A stretch of DNA of 63,325 nt, filler included, from Octopus bimaculoides (GCF_001194135.2; 6 parts of 6 records of this genome joined end to end with filler, not necessarily neighbours in it), one strand, 5' to 3'. Positions 12,469 to 24,224 are shown, counted from the whole stretch's first letter. Program-made: numbers and translations. Notes: generated by a model from the sequence alone, not told the origin.

Positions 12469-12690
12469 GTGTGTGTATCTTTGTGTCGGTGTCTGTCCAC
12501 CCACCATCGCTTGACAACCAATGTTGGAGTATTTACATGCTCGTAACTTAGCGTTCCGGCAAAAGAGACCGATAGAACAAGTACTAGGCTTACAAAGAAT
12601 AAGTCCTGGGTCGATTTCTTCAACTAAAACCCTTCAACGTGGTGCTCCAGTATGGCCGCAATCAGATGACAGAAACAAAAGAATAAACGG
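12240..12690 (+). mobile_element. tRNA-derived SINE family A, full length, with central (TG)n microsatellite
   Basis: Head gcaggcgtggctatgtggtaag..gggttcagtcc; body ..ggcaagtgtcttctactatagcctcgggccgaccaaagcc..; microsatellite; 3' half ..ccatcgcttgacaacc..gtaacttagcg..ggtgctccag..; more than 10 copies in the window. Confidence 0.9.
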
Positions 12691-13202
12691 CTGTATGTAT
12701 ATCGACGGTTTTCCGCACGTTTTTTGTGTAACAAGTTCTACTCATATGGTAGATCGGTCAGTTGTCGCCAATACGATTGACCAAGTAACAGTGTACCAGT
12801 ATCGAACTTGCAACCACGTGGTTGCCAGTCGAATTGCTTAACGACACGGTTATGCCTTCACCTACACATAGCTACATATATACACATGCAAAAATTCACA
12901 TGAAGTACCATTCTCCGTAAACAAACGCAATGTACTATTTTATATGCATATATACATTATACATACACATTTATATCAATATCTGTGTACAGACACACAC
13001 ACGCACGCACGCACGCACACACACACACACACACACACGCGCATATATGCATACATATATGCGTGCGCGCGTACACACACATAGATGAAGCAATCTTAGG
13101 AGCATGTAACTTCTCTCACCCTTTCTCTTTCTGTGAGTGTGTTTGTGTGTGTGTATATATATGCATATATGTATATATATATATATTTAATGTGTGTGTA
13201 TA

Positions 13203-13265
<63 letters not shown>

Positions 13266-13309
13266 NNNNNNNNNNNNNNNNNNNNNNNNNNNNNNNNNNN
13301 NNNNNNNNN

Positions 13310-13321
13310 TTAATTAATTAA
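13310..13321. other. Synthetic TTAATTAATTAA linker inside an N gap (assembly artefact)
   Basis: Identical palindromic 12-mer with stops in all six frames, flanked by Ns, also at 22423, 28451, 56900 and 60447. Confidence 0.9.
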
Positions 13322-13640
13322 NNNNNNNNNNNNNNNNNNNNNNNNNNNNNNNNNNNNNNNNNNNNACTAAAAGAAAATATTATATGAAACAGATGTACCA
13401 GATTGTTTCTACAAATCTTTGGCAGAATTCATGTGAAACATTTCCTCTGGAATAATATTATAAGCAAAATTTCTGAACATCACCAACTGGAGTGTCAAGA
13501 AGAGTAGCTTGTGTGTTGATTAAATTTGCTAAACAAAGGTAACACTGGACATAAGTACAACAGTAGAAGTGCATGTAAGGAATAAAGTATAAAAACAAAA
13601 GCAAGAAAAATATATAAACTGGGATTTGGAAGGAAAAATA

Positions 13641-15539
13641 ATGGAAAACAGTGAGAAACGTATACAATTGATTTCCCCTGAACCTATGGAAAAAGAGATG
13701 ATATCATATGATTGTGATATCTGTACAAAGTTCTTCCTTCAAAAAAGTGACCTACTTAAGCACAAACGTATTCATACAGGAGAGAAACCCTATCGTTGTG
13801 ATGTCTGTGGTAAATCATTCTCTTGCAGTAGTACCTTATCTATGCACAAACGTATTCATACAGGGGAGAGACCCTATCATTGTGATATCTGTGGTAAATC
13901 ATTCTCTCGAAGAGGTCAGGTTACTGTGCACAAACGTATTCATACAGGAGAGAAACCATATAATTGTGATATCTGTGGTAAATCGTTCTCTCAAATACAT
14001 CACTTAACTGAACACAAACGTATTCATGCAGGAGAGAAACCATTTAATTGTGATATTTGTGGTAAATCATTTTCTCAACGTATTCACTTATCTACACACA
14101 TACGAATTCACACAGGAGAGAAACCATTTAATTGTGATATCTGTGGTAAATCATTCTCTGAAAGTTATGCCTTAACAAAACACATTCGTATTCATACAGG
14201 AGAGAAGCCATATCACTGTGATATTTGCAGTAAACAATTCTCTAGTAAAAGATCCTTAACATCACACACTCATACTCAAACATATTGTGACATTTGTGGT
14301 AAAACATTCTCTTGCAATAGCAAGTTATCTACACACAAACATACTCATGCAGGAGAGAAACCATATAATTGTGATATCTGTGGTAAACCATGCTCTAATA
14401 ATAGTGCCTTAACGTTACACAGACGTATTCATACGGGAGAGAAACCATATCGTTGTGATATCTGTGGTAAATCGTTCACTCGAAGTAGTTACCTTACGGG
14501 GCACAAACGTATTCATGCAGGAGAGAAGCCATATCAATGTGATATCTGTGGTAAATCATTCTCTGATAATAGTGTCTTAACTAGGCACAAGCGTATTCAT
14601 ACAGGAGAGAAACCATATCATTGTGATATTTGTGGTAAGCCATTCTCTGGCAGTACTGCCTTAGTAGCACACAAACGTATTCATACAGGAGAGAGACCAT
14701 ATAATTGTGATGTCTGTGGTAAATCATTCTCTCAAAGTATTCACTTAACTTCACATAAACGTACTCATACAGGAGAGAAGCCATATCATTGTAATATTTG
14801 TGGTAAATCATTTACTAGTAATAGTTCCGTAAATGTACACAGACGTATTCATACAGGGGAGACACCATATCATTGTAATATTTGTGGTAAATCATTCTCT
14901 CATAGTAGTGCTTTGACATCACACAGTCGTATTCATACGGGAGAGAAACCATATCATTGTAATATCTGTGGTGAATCTTTCTCTCATAGTAGTACCGTAA
15001 CTACGCATAAACATACTCATACAGGCGAGAAGCCATATGACTGTGATTTTTGTGGTAAATCATTCTCTCGAAGCTATGACTTAACTAAACACAGCCGTAT
15101 TCATACAGGAGAGAAACCATATCATTGTAATATCTGTGGTGAATCTTTCTCTCATAATAGTACCCTAACTACGCATAAACATACTCATACAGGAGAGAAG
15201 CCATATAACTGTGAGGTTTGTGGTAAATCATTCTCTCGAAGCTGTGACTTAACTAAACACAGCCGTATTCATACAGGAGAGAAACCATATCATTGTAACA
15301 TCTGCAGTGAATCATTCGCTTATAATAGTAGCTTAACTGCACATAAATGTATTCATACAGGAGAGAAACCATATCATTGTAATATCTGCGGTGAATCTTT
15401 CTCTCGTAATAATACCCTAACTACTCATAAACGTATTCATACAGGAGAAAAGCCATATCACTGGGATATTTGTGGTAAATCCTTCACTCAAAATAGTAAG
15501 TTAACAAAACACAAACATATTCATGCTAAGGAGCAATGA
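13641..15539 (+). CDS. Tandem C2H2 (Kruppel-type) zinc-finger protein, 22 fingers, 632 aa, no KRAB/SCAN/BTB domain visible in this exon
   Basis: Uninterrupted ORF (the track starts at a TTG at 13626; first ATG at 13641; TGA at 15537-15539). Repeats of Y/F-x-C-x2-C-x3-F-x5-L-x2-H-x3-H joined by TGEKP linkers. An additional upstream exon cannot be excluded. Confidence 0.93.
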   Translation: MENSEKRIQLISPEPMEKEMISYDCDICTKFFLQKSDLLKHKRIHTGEKPYRCDVCGKSFSCSSTLSMHKRIHTGERPYHCDICGKSFSRRGQVTVHKRIHTGEKPYNCDICGKSFSQIHHLTEHKRIHAGEKPFNCDICGKSFSQRIHLSTHIRIHTGEKPFNCDICGKSFSESYALTKHIRIHTGEKPYHCDICSKQFSSKRSLTSHTHTQTYCDICGKTFSCNSKLSTHKHTHAGEKPYNCDICGKPCSNNSALTLHRRIHTGEKPYRCDICGKSFTRSSYLTGHKRIHAGEKPYQCDICGKSFSDNSVLTRHKRIHTGEKPYHCDICGKPFSGSTALVAHKRIHTGERPYNCDVCGKSFSQSIHLTSHKRTHTGEKPYHCNICGKSFTSNSSVNVHRRIHTGETPYHCNICGKSFSHSSALTSHSRIHTGEKPYHCNICGESFSHSSTVTTHKHTHTGEKPYDCDFCGKSFSRSYDLTKHSRIHTGEKPYHCNICGESFSHNSTLTTHKHTHTGEKPYNCEVCGKSFSRSCDLTKHSRIHTGEKPYHCNICSESFAYNSSLTAHKCIHTGEKPYHCNICGESFSRNNTLTTHKRIHTGEKPYHWDICGKSFTQNSKLTKHKHIHAKEQ

Positions 15540-15969
15540 AATGGGTAGTTTCTCATTTCTTATTTGCTATATTTAATTTTCCTGTGTGTTATGCAATGGA
15601 TATTATGACTAAAGTATTTCCAAAGAGTTTAGATTTTTTTGTTTTGTTTTTGCAGTTTTGATCTGCTTCTTCTTTGACCATTCATGCATTCCCTTTCCAT
15701 GGTGGAAGGACCTCTATACCAAAACTTGTCCTCTTGACAACCCTACACGTTGTTCTTTATTAGATACTGCATCCACAAATTTCTTTGAATTTATTGCTTA
15801 TAATCAGTCTGTTGCCCCACAACAGACTGATTCCTTGTTAGTGTCTGAAAATAGTTTCTTTGAATGAAACTTTGCAGAGATACAATTTCGAGTGACCAGA
15901 TTGATGATTTTCCTAAAATTGAGGAAAAAACTGTTTGGAGGAGATTCTGATCACTCTCAACCCCACCCT

Positions 15970-16640
15970 GTCTTAGTTAATACTAACTTCAGAACCTGGG
16001 AAAACCTACCAGCCATTTGATCACTTATGGGTCTAGTGACACACAGAAAGCAGAATAGGCGGATACTTGCGATTGCAAAGTTGTTCTTTGGTAAAGAATG
16101 GACTTCACTACATAGGTTAGCAGTTATTGGCTTGAGACGGACAATGAGAAAGTCGGAGATTTGAACCAATCTGTAAAAGAAACTCCTGGAAGCTCATGGA
16201 TGCTTCAGATGGTTGGAAATTTAGAAATGTACTAATTAAAGCCTTTGATGAAAAGAGAGAGAGATAGGACAATTGGAAGCTCTGATGAGACAACCCATGT
16301 AAAGCTGCAAAAGAAATCTGTGGCTGGTGCAAGATGTCACCCATTTGAGGGATGACATGGTGGTGGAACAGGGAAGTATACTGAGCAGTAGAAGCAGAGA
16401 GGCAGTCTCGGAAGAACGGGAGCAGTTGGTAGCTAGAAGAGAAGCCAGGAAGCAGGACACTCTTTAGCAATGAAAAAGTAGAGTACAAAGAGGACCAAAA
16501 ATATGAAGTGTTCTGGTTTGAAGAAATTGATGTGTGAGATGTGTGTGCAGACGGATAATGACTGACTTGCATTCAGTGATTCTGAAAGGAAAGAGGCTTG
16601 GAAGTGCAAATATGAAAGGATATTGTTTTAAGAGCATTGT
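15970..16640 (+). mobile_element. Decayed RTE-type LINE fragment (end of APE domain plus linker)
   Basis: Frameshifted motifs NTNFR, SHLITYGS, RK..RR.L..AK.F.G.E..S.HRL.V, TWWWNREV (16355-16378) and LAFSDSERKEAWKCKYE, matching the region between APE and RT of RTE elements. Confidence 0.65.
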
Positions 16641-17643
16641 CAAGAGCAAATAGCAGAAGATCCTCAACTCACAGAAAAGGACTTCCAGGCTAGATTCCAA
16701 AAGTGACAATACAAATAGAATGGGAACTTTTTGATACCCCTTCATATCTGTATGAAGCAATTCGATCCTGGATTCCAGATCTGGAAGTACAACTCTAGCC
16801 TGAAATATGAGACTTCTGTAGACCTTCCTTCTGGTCATGGCTTTGTAGTCTGTTGCTGCTGTCAATGTCATGTCTTACATTGTTTATCCTATTCAGTATT
16901 TAGCAGCAATCATAATGTCAGCAGTTTTCATACCCAGTGTAAATCATCATGATACAGGTAACTCTCTTCCAACATTCAGATGGTTTCCACTCCTCTCTAT
17001 GTTAGCTATTTTCAACTACATCTTTAATCTTTATGCACTCCCACAATATTGACTGTTCGCCAATACATAAAGTGTTTTTCTGAAAGGTAGAGACTTAAAA
17101 TATTGTGAAATTAAGCCTGAACACGCTGTATACAAATGTTTATATTTACAAACTTGCAGACTCTTAACTTGTAATGTGTAAATTGTTTGTTTCTTAAAGG
17201 CATCATAAAAATGTATTCTCATTCTCTTCACCATGTCCCTCCCCTCTCTCTCTCTCTCTTTCTCTAGTTATATATGTATATATATATATTATTTCTTATG
17301 CATTGCTTTCATTCTGTTTTAAACTTTGTCTTCCAGCGTTTGCTATCACAGCTATCACATACAATTCCTGTTTTCTGATTTGATAAAAATAATCAAATTG
17401 CAAAATCTGTAAAAAATTTATAAAATTTTTGTGGAATAAATTAGTCACAAACTGGGATTCGGTGTGAAAAAGTTCATCAATGTAGCAAGTTTGAACATTT
17501 CCAATTAGTTTTGAAGGTTCAAAATCTGTGAGGGCAGCATCAAGCGCCTCTCTGTTTCTCTATCTCTTTTATTTCTCACTTTCCTAATGGTAAACTATAT
17601 ATTTACCCCACTCACTCACTCTGTCTGTCTCTCTCTCTCTCTT

Positions 17644-17689
<46 letters not shown>

Positions 17690-18389
17690 AAGACAGAAGG
17701 TGAGTTTATATGTATAAGGAATCTGATTAAAGTGACAGGGTCATTTAAAAAAGCTATGTGAAAGGTAATCAATAATAATATGCTAACTTTTTGTACATAC
17801 CTGTTGTATGCCTCACGCTTCAAAGAAGTGGCAAAGCGAGAGAAAGGAAGTAAGAGAGAGTGAGGGAGAAAGAGAGAGACAGTGAGAGATGACAGCGTTG
17901 GTTTTGTGTTTTTAAATGTTTATCATGTCGCAAGAAAAGATATATCAATATATATATACACATTGTTTAATCAAAAGCGGGAGAGAAGTGGGACAAAAGA
18001 AATTAAAGAGTAAGAGAGAGAGTAGATACATAAAGCCACAGAAAACTTCATACATACACACAGCAAATATTGGCTGTTAATTTCACTTTTCATTACCACA
18101 TGAGGATAAAATTAACTCACAAATGGCTGAGTACTCCACAGATATGCATAACATTAACGTAGTTCTCAGGGAGATCTAGCCTCATACTGAATATGACAAT
18201 GCTAGCCCCTTTGAATTACAGCTACAACTCAACACATATATGAATATATTTGTTTGTGTATAGTTTAGTTTAGTTAAAATATGATTGCAATGAGTGTTGA
18301 GTGGTGGAAATAAATGCAATTAAACTTTCATTAATAAATCCATTTATTATTTCGATCGTTTGCGCTTCAATTTGTACCCAGAAATTTTC

Positions 18390-18667
18390 AACAACTGCAC
18401 ACCTGAAGAAATAGAAAAACGAGTAATTTTATCTCCTAAAAATTCTGCAGTGGTGAAGAGGAGGTTCAGAACTATCCATTTGAATTCAGAGTAATTCTAT
18501 CTCCTAAAAATTCTGACGGTCTTGAAATAAATGAAGAAGTTCTTCGTATTATACCACTTCGATTTGCATATTCAACAACAATTAATAAGTCTCAACAGCA
18601 AACGTTTGCATCAAACGGTATTTTCTCATGGCCAGTTATATGTCGGATTTTCAAGGGAACGCGTTAT
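18390..18667 (+). mobile_element. Helitron PIF1-like helicase fragment (decayed)
   Basis: Translates to KRVILSPKN, YPFEF, IPLRFAYSTTINKSQQQTF and FSHGQLYVGFSR, compared with the PIF1 consensus P.RLAFA.TINKSQGQT / FSHGQLYVALSR; truncated by a gap. Confidence 0.8.
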
Positions 18668-19034
18668 NNNNNNNNNNNNNNNNNNNNNNNNNNNNNNNNN
18701 NNNNNNNNNNNNNNNNNNNNNNNNNNNNNNNNNNNNNNNNNNNNNNNNNNNNNNNNNNNNNNNNNNNNNNNNNNNNNNNNNNNNNNNNNNNNNNNNNNNN
18801 NNNNNNNNNNNNNNNNNNNNNNNNNNNNNNNNNNNNNNNNNNNNAAAATATTGTCTACCATGAAGCCCTGTGAAGAAGACCAGGCCAGCAGCCACTCTAT
18901 CATTACACCTTTAAAGTCGGGGAACCAGTTAGGGGCCCACTGGATCTCTCTCGGCAAACCAGAAAATTGCATCGGCCAGCATGACCACTACCTCCAAGCC
19001 CATTATATTTATATATATATATATGTGTAGAAAC

Positions 19035-19150
19035 TCTGCCAAATCAGACTGGAGCCTGGTGTTGCCATCCGGTTTCACCAGTCCTCAGTCAAATCGTCCA
19101 ACCCATGCTAGCATGGAAAGCGGACGTTAAACGATGATGATGATGATGAT
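19035..19150 (+). mobile_element. Probable LINE/SINE 3' end with (GAT)n tail
   Basis: ..cgtccaacccatgctagcatggaaagcggacgttaaacgatgatgatg; the tail structure is typical of RTE-type 3' ends. Family not verified. Confidence 0.4.
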
Positions 19151-19159
19151 GATGTGTGT

Positions 19160-19345
19160 GTGTGTATGTATGTGTTTGTCCCACCACCACCATTGCTTCA
19201 CACCTATGCTGGTGCATTTAGAGACTGATAGAATAAGCACCAGGTTTACAGGGAATAAGTCCAGGGGTGAATTTCTTTGACTAAAGGCCGGTGCTCCAGC
19301 ATGGCCACCGTCAAATGACTGAAACAAGTAAAAGAATAAAAAGAT
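19160..19345 (+). mobile_element. SINE family A, 3' half
   Basis: Homologous to 12480-12690. Confidence 0.8.
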
Positions 19346-19826
19346 TGCCTGGAAAACGTTCTGTACCACGAAACCAAGAAGGTTCTTTGAATATGTTCGA
19401 TGTATCTTAAGGTTAAATAGTAATTCTGTTTGTGTAACAGATATTTTGGTTGGATTAGATAGTCGTTGGTGTTACATTACTTTCTAAATTCTGCAAGTGT
19501 CACAATATACTTTTCTGTGCCTGAAATTTTTGTAAGGGGCGGGGTGACTAGTTGATTAGATCGATGTCAGTACACAAACGTGTTCTTAATTTATCAACCC
19601 TGAAAGGGCGAAAGGTAAAGTCGACCTCGGCAGAATTTGAACTCAGAATGTAAAGACAGACGGTCATAATATACAAACATTTCTCATGGCACCAGTACAC
19701 TCTTTACAGATGCTTTACATTTTAAAAATATTTTCCACCATTATCCGCAAGGTGGTTTCTTCTCCGATGTGGATGTTCTCAGCAATTTCTTCTAAACTCT
19801 GGGGAATGGGGGGGGGGGTGCTTGGA

Positions 19827-20526
19827 TTATGATCTCAAGCCCTTGGCTTCAGTTATTTTGATTTTATCCTCAAGCCCCATTAGAAGGGCTGAGATAATCC
19901 AGATGACATTTATTTCTGGTGGGATCTCTTCAATAACTATTTTGGGTGTTCTCCTACCCATATAGGTTGGTAATAAAACGACTTGATTGGTTTTTATCGG
20001 TTGGAGCCAATGTTTTATAACCTTTTCCTCGTTTTTGAAGTACACCACCACTGTGGCATATCTTCTCCCTCTGGTCAGGAACTCGATGTCTTGCCAGATG
20101 GGTTGTAGACACTTCTCGATTTGTTCTTTGGATGCCTTGTCCATTTTCTTGTCTTTTATTATCATAGTCTTATATGTAATTATTTTCCTCTTTGTTTCTT
20201 CGATAAGTTCGTTAGGGAGGATGGCTTTAACATCAAAACCTCCCCTTTCGAACATACCTCTGTATTGTCGCAGTGAGTCTAACTCTATGTTTAATTTGTC
20301 TTTTCTCACACCGGCTGCGGTGGCAAAAAAGACTTTCTTTTTGTCGTCTTCTGTCGGGTTTACTTTTCTGTTATTCATTTCAGCATTTATTTTCCCTTCT
20401 TCGTTCCGTTGTTTCGTTTACTGCATTTATGTGGCTTTCGTTCACATTTTCGTTATTTTGACTTGTTTTACGGTTTATCTTTTGGTTAGCCTGGTCAGGG
20501 TTAGAAGACTTGCCATCCGAATTCAT
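19827..20526 (-). mobile_element. Putative ORF1 (gag-like) of an L1/Tx1-clade non-LTR retrotransposon, one frameshift, truncated
   Basis: 183-aa ORF 20378-19827 plus an upstream segment starting MNSDGKSSNPDQ at 20526 in another frame. Basic/acidic N-terminus followed by an RRM-like part (TVVVYF..EE..LLPTYMGRRTPKIVIEEIPPE). Family assignment is inference. Confidence 0.45.
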
Positions 20527-20779
20527 TTTCACACATTTTTTTTTTCCAAAATACTTTCTTAAAAAATTATTTTCCTTTCAAAATTTATGGAAGGGAACAA
20601 CAGTCCACTACGTCTGTTAAAACAACGTAGAGCAATAACAAAAGATCCAAACTCAACAATGAATAATAATAATAACAATTCTCGCAAAGACAAATTAACT
20701 ACAGCGTGCTAACGTTTCTTATTTCTTTATTGCCCACAGGGGGCGAGACATAGAGGGACAAACAAGTACAGAGTAAGGG

Positions 20780-20900
20780 ACTAAGTCGATTACATCGACT
20801 CCAGTGCATAACTGGTACTTAATTTATCGAATCCGATAACAACAGTCGAAATACCATTAAGCATTTCGCCCGACGTGCTAACGGTTTCTGCCAGCTCGCT
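20780..20900 (-). mobile_element. SINE family D (internally deleted)
   Basis: Reverse complement of gagctggcaga..gttagcacg..cgaaatgctta..ggtcgatgtaatcgact, also seen at 23051. Confidence 0.7.
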
Positions 20901-21290
20901 ACCTTTGCACAGATATAAATATTCACACATATACACACAAAAATAATCAGGTGCAATAAACTAAAATATGAAGAGATTTAAGAAGAGTTATCTCTCTTAA
21001 ATATTACAGGCAGGAGATACGCATGCGCATATATCATATTCGTTTTGAATGTCTCGTGCATGAATTCTTCTTAGTCACCTTATAATACGTTTAAAATGTT
21101 TACAAAACGTATTTATAATTTATTTCTAAACTAACCGATACACAAATGTAACAATACTATCCTTTATGGAACATTTCCGTAAGTATTAAACAATGAAAGC
21201 ATTTGATGTTTTTAATTCTGTAGACGTTTGGTCTTTGGCGCGTCGATTCTTTGTCTTTTCTATGTTTTATGAATGAGAGATGTCCTTGAA

Positions 21291-21639
21291 TTGTGCGAGA
21301 TCTGGCTGCTATTTCTAGCTATGGGAGAGATATATATCTATAATTTGTGCGAGATCTGGCTGCTATTTCTAGCTATGGAAGGGAGATATCTATAATTTGT
21401 GCGAGATCTGGTTGCTATTTCTAGCTATGGAAGGCAGATATCTATAATTTGTGCGAGATCTGGTTGCTATTTCTAGCTTTGGAAGGCAGATATCTATAAT
21501 TTGTGCGAGATCTGGCTGCTATTTCTAGCTATGGAAGGGAGATATCTATAATTTGTGTTCGACTCGGCTGTTATTTCTAGCTATGGAAGGGAGATATCTA
21601 TAATTTGTGCTCGACTCGGCTGTTATTTCTAGCTATGGA
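21291..21639. repeat. 52-bp minisatellite, about 6.7 copies
   Basis: Unit ttgtgcgagatctggctgctatttctagctatggaagggagatatctataat; units start at 21291, 21345, 21397, 21449, 21501, 21553 and 21605. Confidence 0.95.
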
Positions 21640-23050
21640 TGAAAGATGCCCTCAATTGGTGCGGAATACCTCATGCGCATAAGTTGGATATTACCCGATT
21701 TGAGGGAATTTTTTCAAATTATCTTCGCTATTCATTTGAAACTGATGAGAGTGGGGAAGCCTTTTATAAAAAGTCACCAAAATCTCATTTCCGCCCGCTT
21801 TTACGACACCGAACACCATTACAATTCGGCGGACCTGGCGCACAGTCTCCCCCACCCTCAAACAAACCTTTCCGTTTTATTTATACATTTATTTTCACCG
21901 GATTCCCATGTTTTCGATGATGGAGTTTCCGAATAGGCAAAAAACGGAAAGACTTCCTTTTGTACCCCCAATCTCACTTGGTTTTACGACAACGAACACC
22001 ATTACAATTCGGCGCACGATCTCCCACCCCATAAGACCTTTCCCTTTTATATATATATAGAATTAAAAAATTTTTTTTTTTTTTTACACCGGATTCATGT
22101 TTTCGATGGCGAAGTTTCCGAATATACAAAAAACCAGGTTTTCAAAATTTTTAGTCACCCCACTCCTCGCCCCCGAAATTTTAAATTTTTTAACAAGGAA
22201 TGTTACTGCTGGTTTGAGTTGAAATCTGTTTCTTTGGCTACTGACTGGCCGGAGCTATCTGTCTGTCTGTCTCTCTCTCACTCTATCTATCACTCGTCCA
22301 CCTTCGTTTGTTTCCGTAGTTTAAACTTTATAAATAAATATATTTCATTTCATGTTCAGTTTAAACTTTATAAATAAANNNNNNNNNNNNNNNNNNNNNN
22401 NNNNNNNNNNNNNNNNNNNNNNTTAATTAATTAANNNNNNNNNNNNNNNNNNNNNNNNNNNNNNNNNNNNNNNNNNNNCATTTATATATATATAAATGTA
22501 TATGTATATATATATATATGTATATGTATGTAACTAGCTATATATATATATATATATATATATACGAATGTATATATACATATATGTATATATATATATA
22601 TATATATACGCACACATATGTATATATACTTATATACATACCTGCATATATAAGCGTGAGTGTGTATGTACGTATATGCATATGTATATATATATGTGTC
22701 TATGATTCATTGAGAACAAAGTACTGGAAAAATTGAAAACTACGCTGCTGAGTTAATAAAGTCTTCGTAGATTGACATAAAGATCAAGATTCGCGTGTGT
22801 ATGAGTGTGTGGGGCATGGACGTGTGTGTAGAAGGAAACTGTGAAGTTATGAAGTCCAAGCTATTATCATGGACAATAACCCTTGAAAGATAGTTGAATA
22901 TTCCCTGCTGAGAATCGAAACCTTGTTGTAGACTGAGATTAATAATAAAGAATGATTTCTTACTGTGGCATAAGGTCACATAAGGTTGTTGTTGTTGTTG
23001 TTGTTGTTGTTATTATTGCGTAGTGTACTCTTATTGTGATTATTCTCGGT

Positions 23051-23340
23051 GAGCTGGCAGAATCGTTAGCATACCGGACAAAATACTTAGCGGCATTTCG
23101 TCTGTCTCTACGGTCTGAGTTCAAATATCACCGAAATCGACTTTGTCTTTCATTCTTCGGGGTCGATGAAATAAGTACCAGCTGAACACTGGTGTTTGAT
23201 GTGATTGACTATCCCCTTCACCTAAAATATTTGAAGCCTTGTGCCTATAATAGAAAGGATTGAGCACTGGGGTTCGTGTGATCGAGTTGCCCCAGCTCCC
23301 CCAAATTTGAGGTCTTTTGTTAATAATAGAAAGGATTATT
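23051..23340 (+). mobile_element. SINE family D with duplicated 3' end
   Basis: gagctggcagaatcgttagc..gagttcaaat..gactttgtctttcat..ggggtcgat..aagtaccag; the 3' segment occurs twice. Further copies at about 19535-19665(-), 29785-30040(+), 35540-35750(-), 36410-36605(-), 43365-43570(+) and 61085-61255(-). Confidence 0.8.
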
Positions 23341-24177
23341 GTCTTCACATCTTGGATTCTTTATTGTAATACTCCAAATTCATCTCTGTAGGTCTTCTTT
23401 TCGTTTATTTTTTAACTTTTCTTGTTACATTATTGATATTTTCTTAAATAGCTACGCTACTCACGTAAACCTCACTGTTGATAGAAGAGAAACAACTTAC
23501 GCATGTATGTGCCTCATTGAGCTCGTTTCCTTCTGCTGATAGACTTCTAGATGTAAAAACCCCCCACAATTTAGCCAGGTATCATCAGGGTTATCTTATA
23601 CAAAATGCTAATGCTTACATATTTTTTCAAAGGAATTCAAATTGGTGGTAAAAAACATATTGAATAAGAAAAATGAGGACCGCATCTATTTTATTCAGTA
23701 TGCTTTTACCGCCAGTTTGAATTCCTTTGAAAAAATATGTAAGCATTAGCTTTTTGTATAAAATAACCCTGATGATATCTGGTTAAACTGTGGGGTTTTT
23801 TTTTTACATCTAGTACTCTTAACATGGTTCGAATCCTGCGGATCCGAAACACTGTTCTCCTAATGACCAGATTGAAACATATGTAGGCACTTTTTATGCT
23901 TTTTTCCGTCAATTAATGTTCCTTGAAAATTTTATTTGTATTAAATGGTTTACTATGTTTTTATCGTGGTACAAATAAAATAAATATCCACTATATATTT
24001 TTCTCCATTTTCTTATATAAATATAACTATAAATTGGAGTGTTTATCCCTATATATTGTGAAAATTTTCTCAATATATCATCGATAACACGAGTTGATCA
24101 CTGGATTTCATAATCCCTAAAGAGAAAATTACATTCTCAAATTGACTCCGTGTGCGTGTGCGTGTGTGTGTGTGTGT

Positions 24178-24224
<47 letters not shown>

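Noticed and set aside
12810-12825. Perfect 16-bp palindrome gcaaccacgtggttgc with an E-box upstream of the zinc-finger gene
   Set aside because: It lies in a decayed minus-strand SINE head and is a few substitutions away from the caaccacatggtt of every SINE-A copy; no independent evidence of regulatory function.
21291-21639. Regular array as a possible CRISPR
   Set aside because: Units are contiguous with no unique spacers, there are no cas genes, and the context is eukaryotic.
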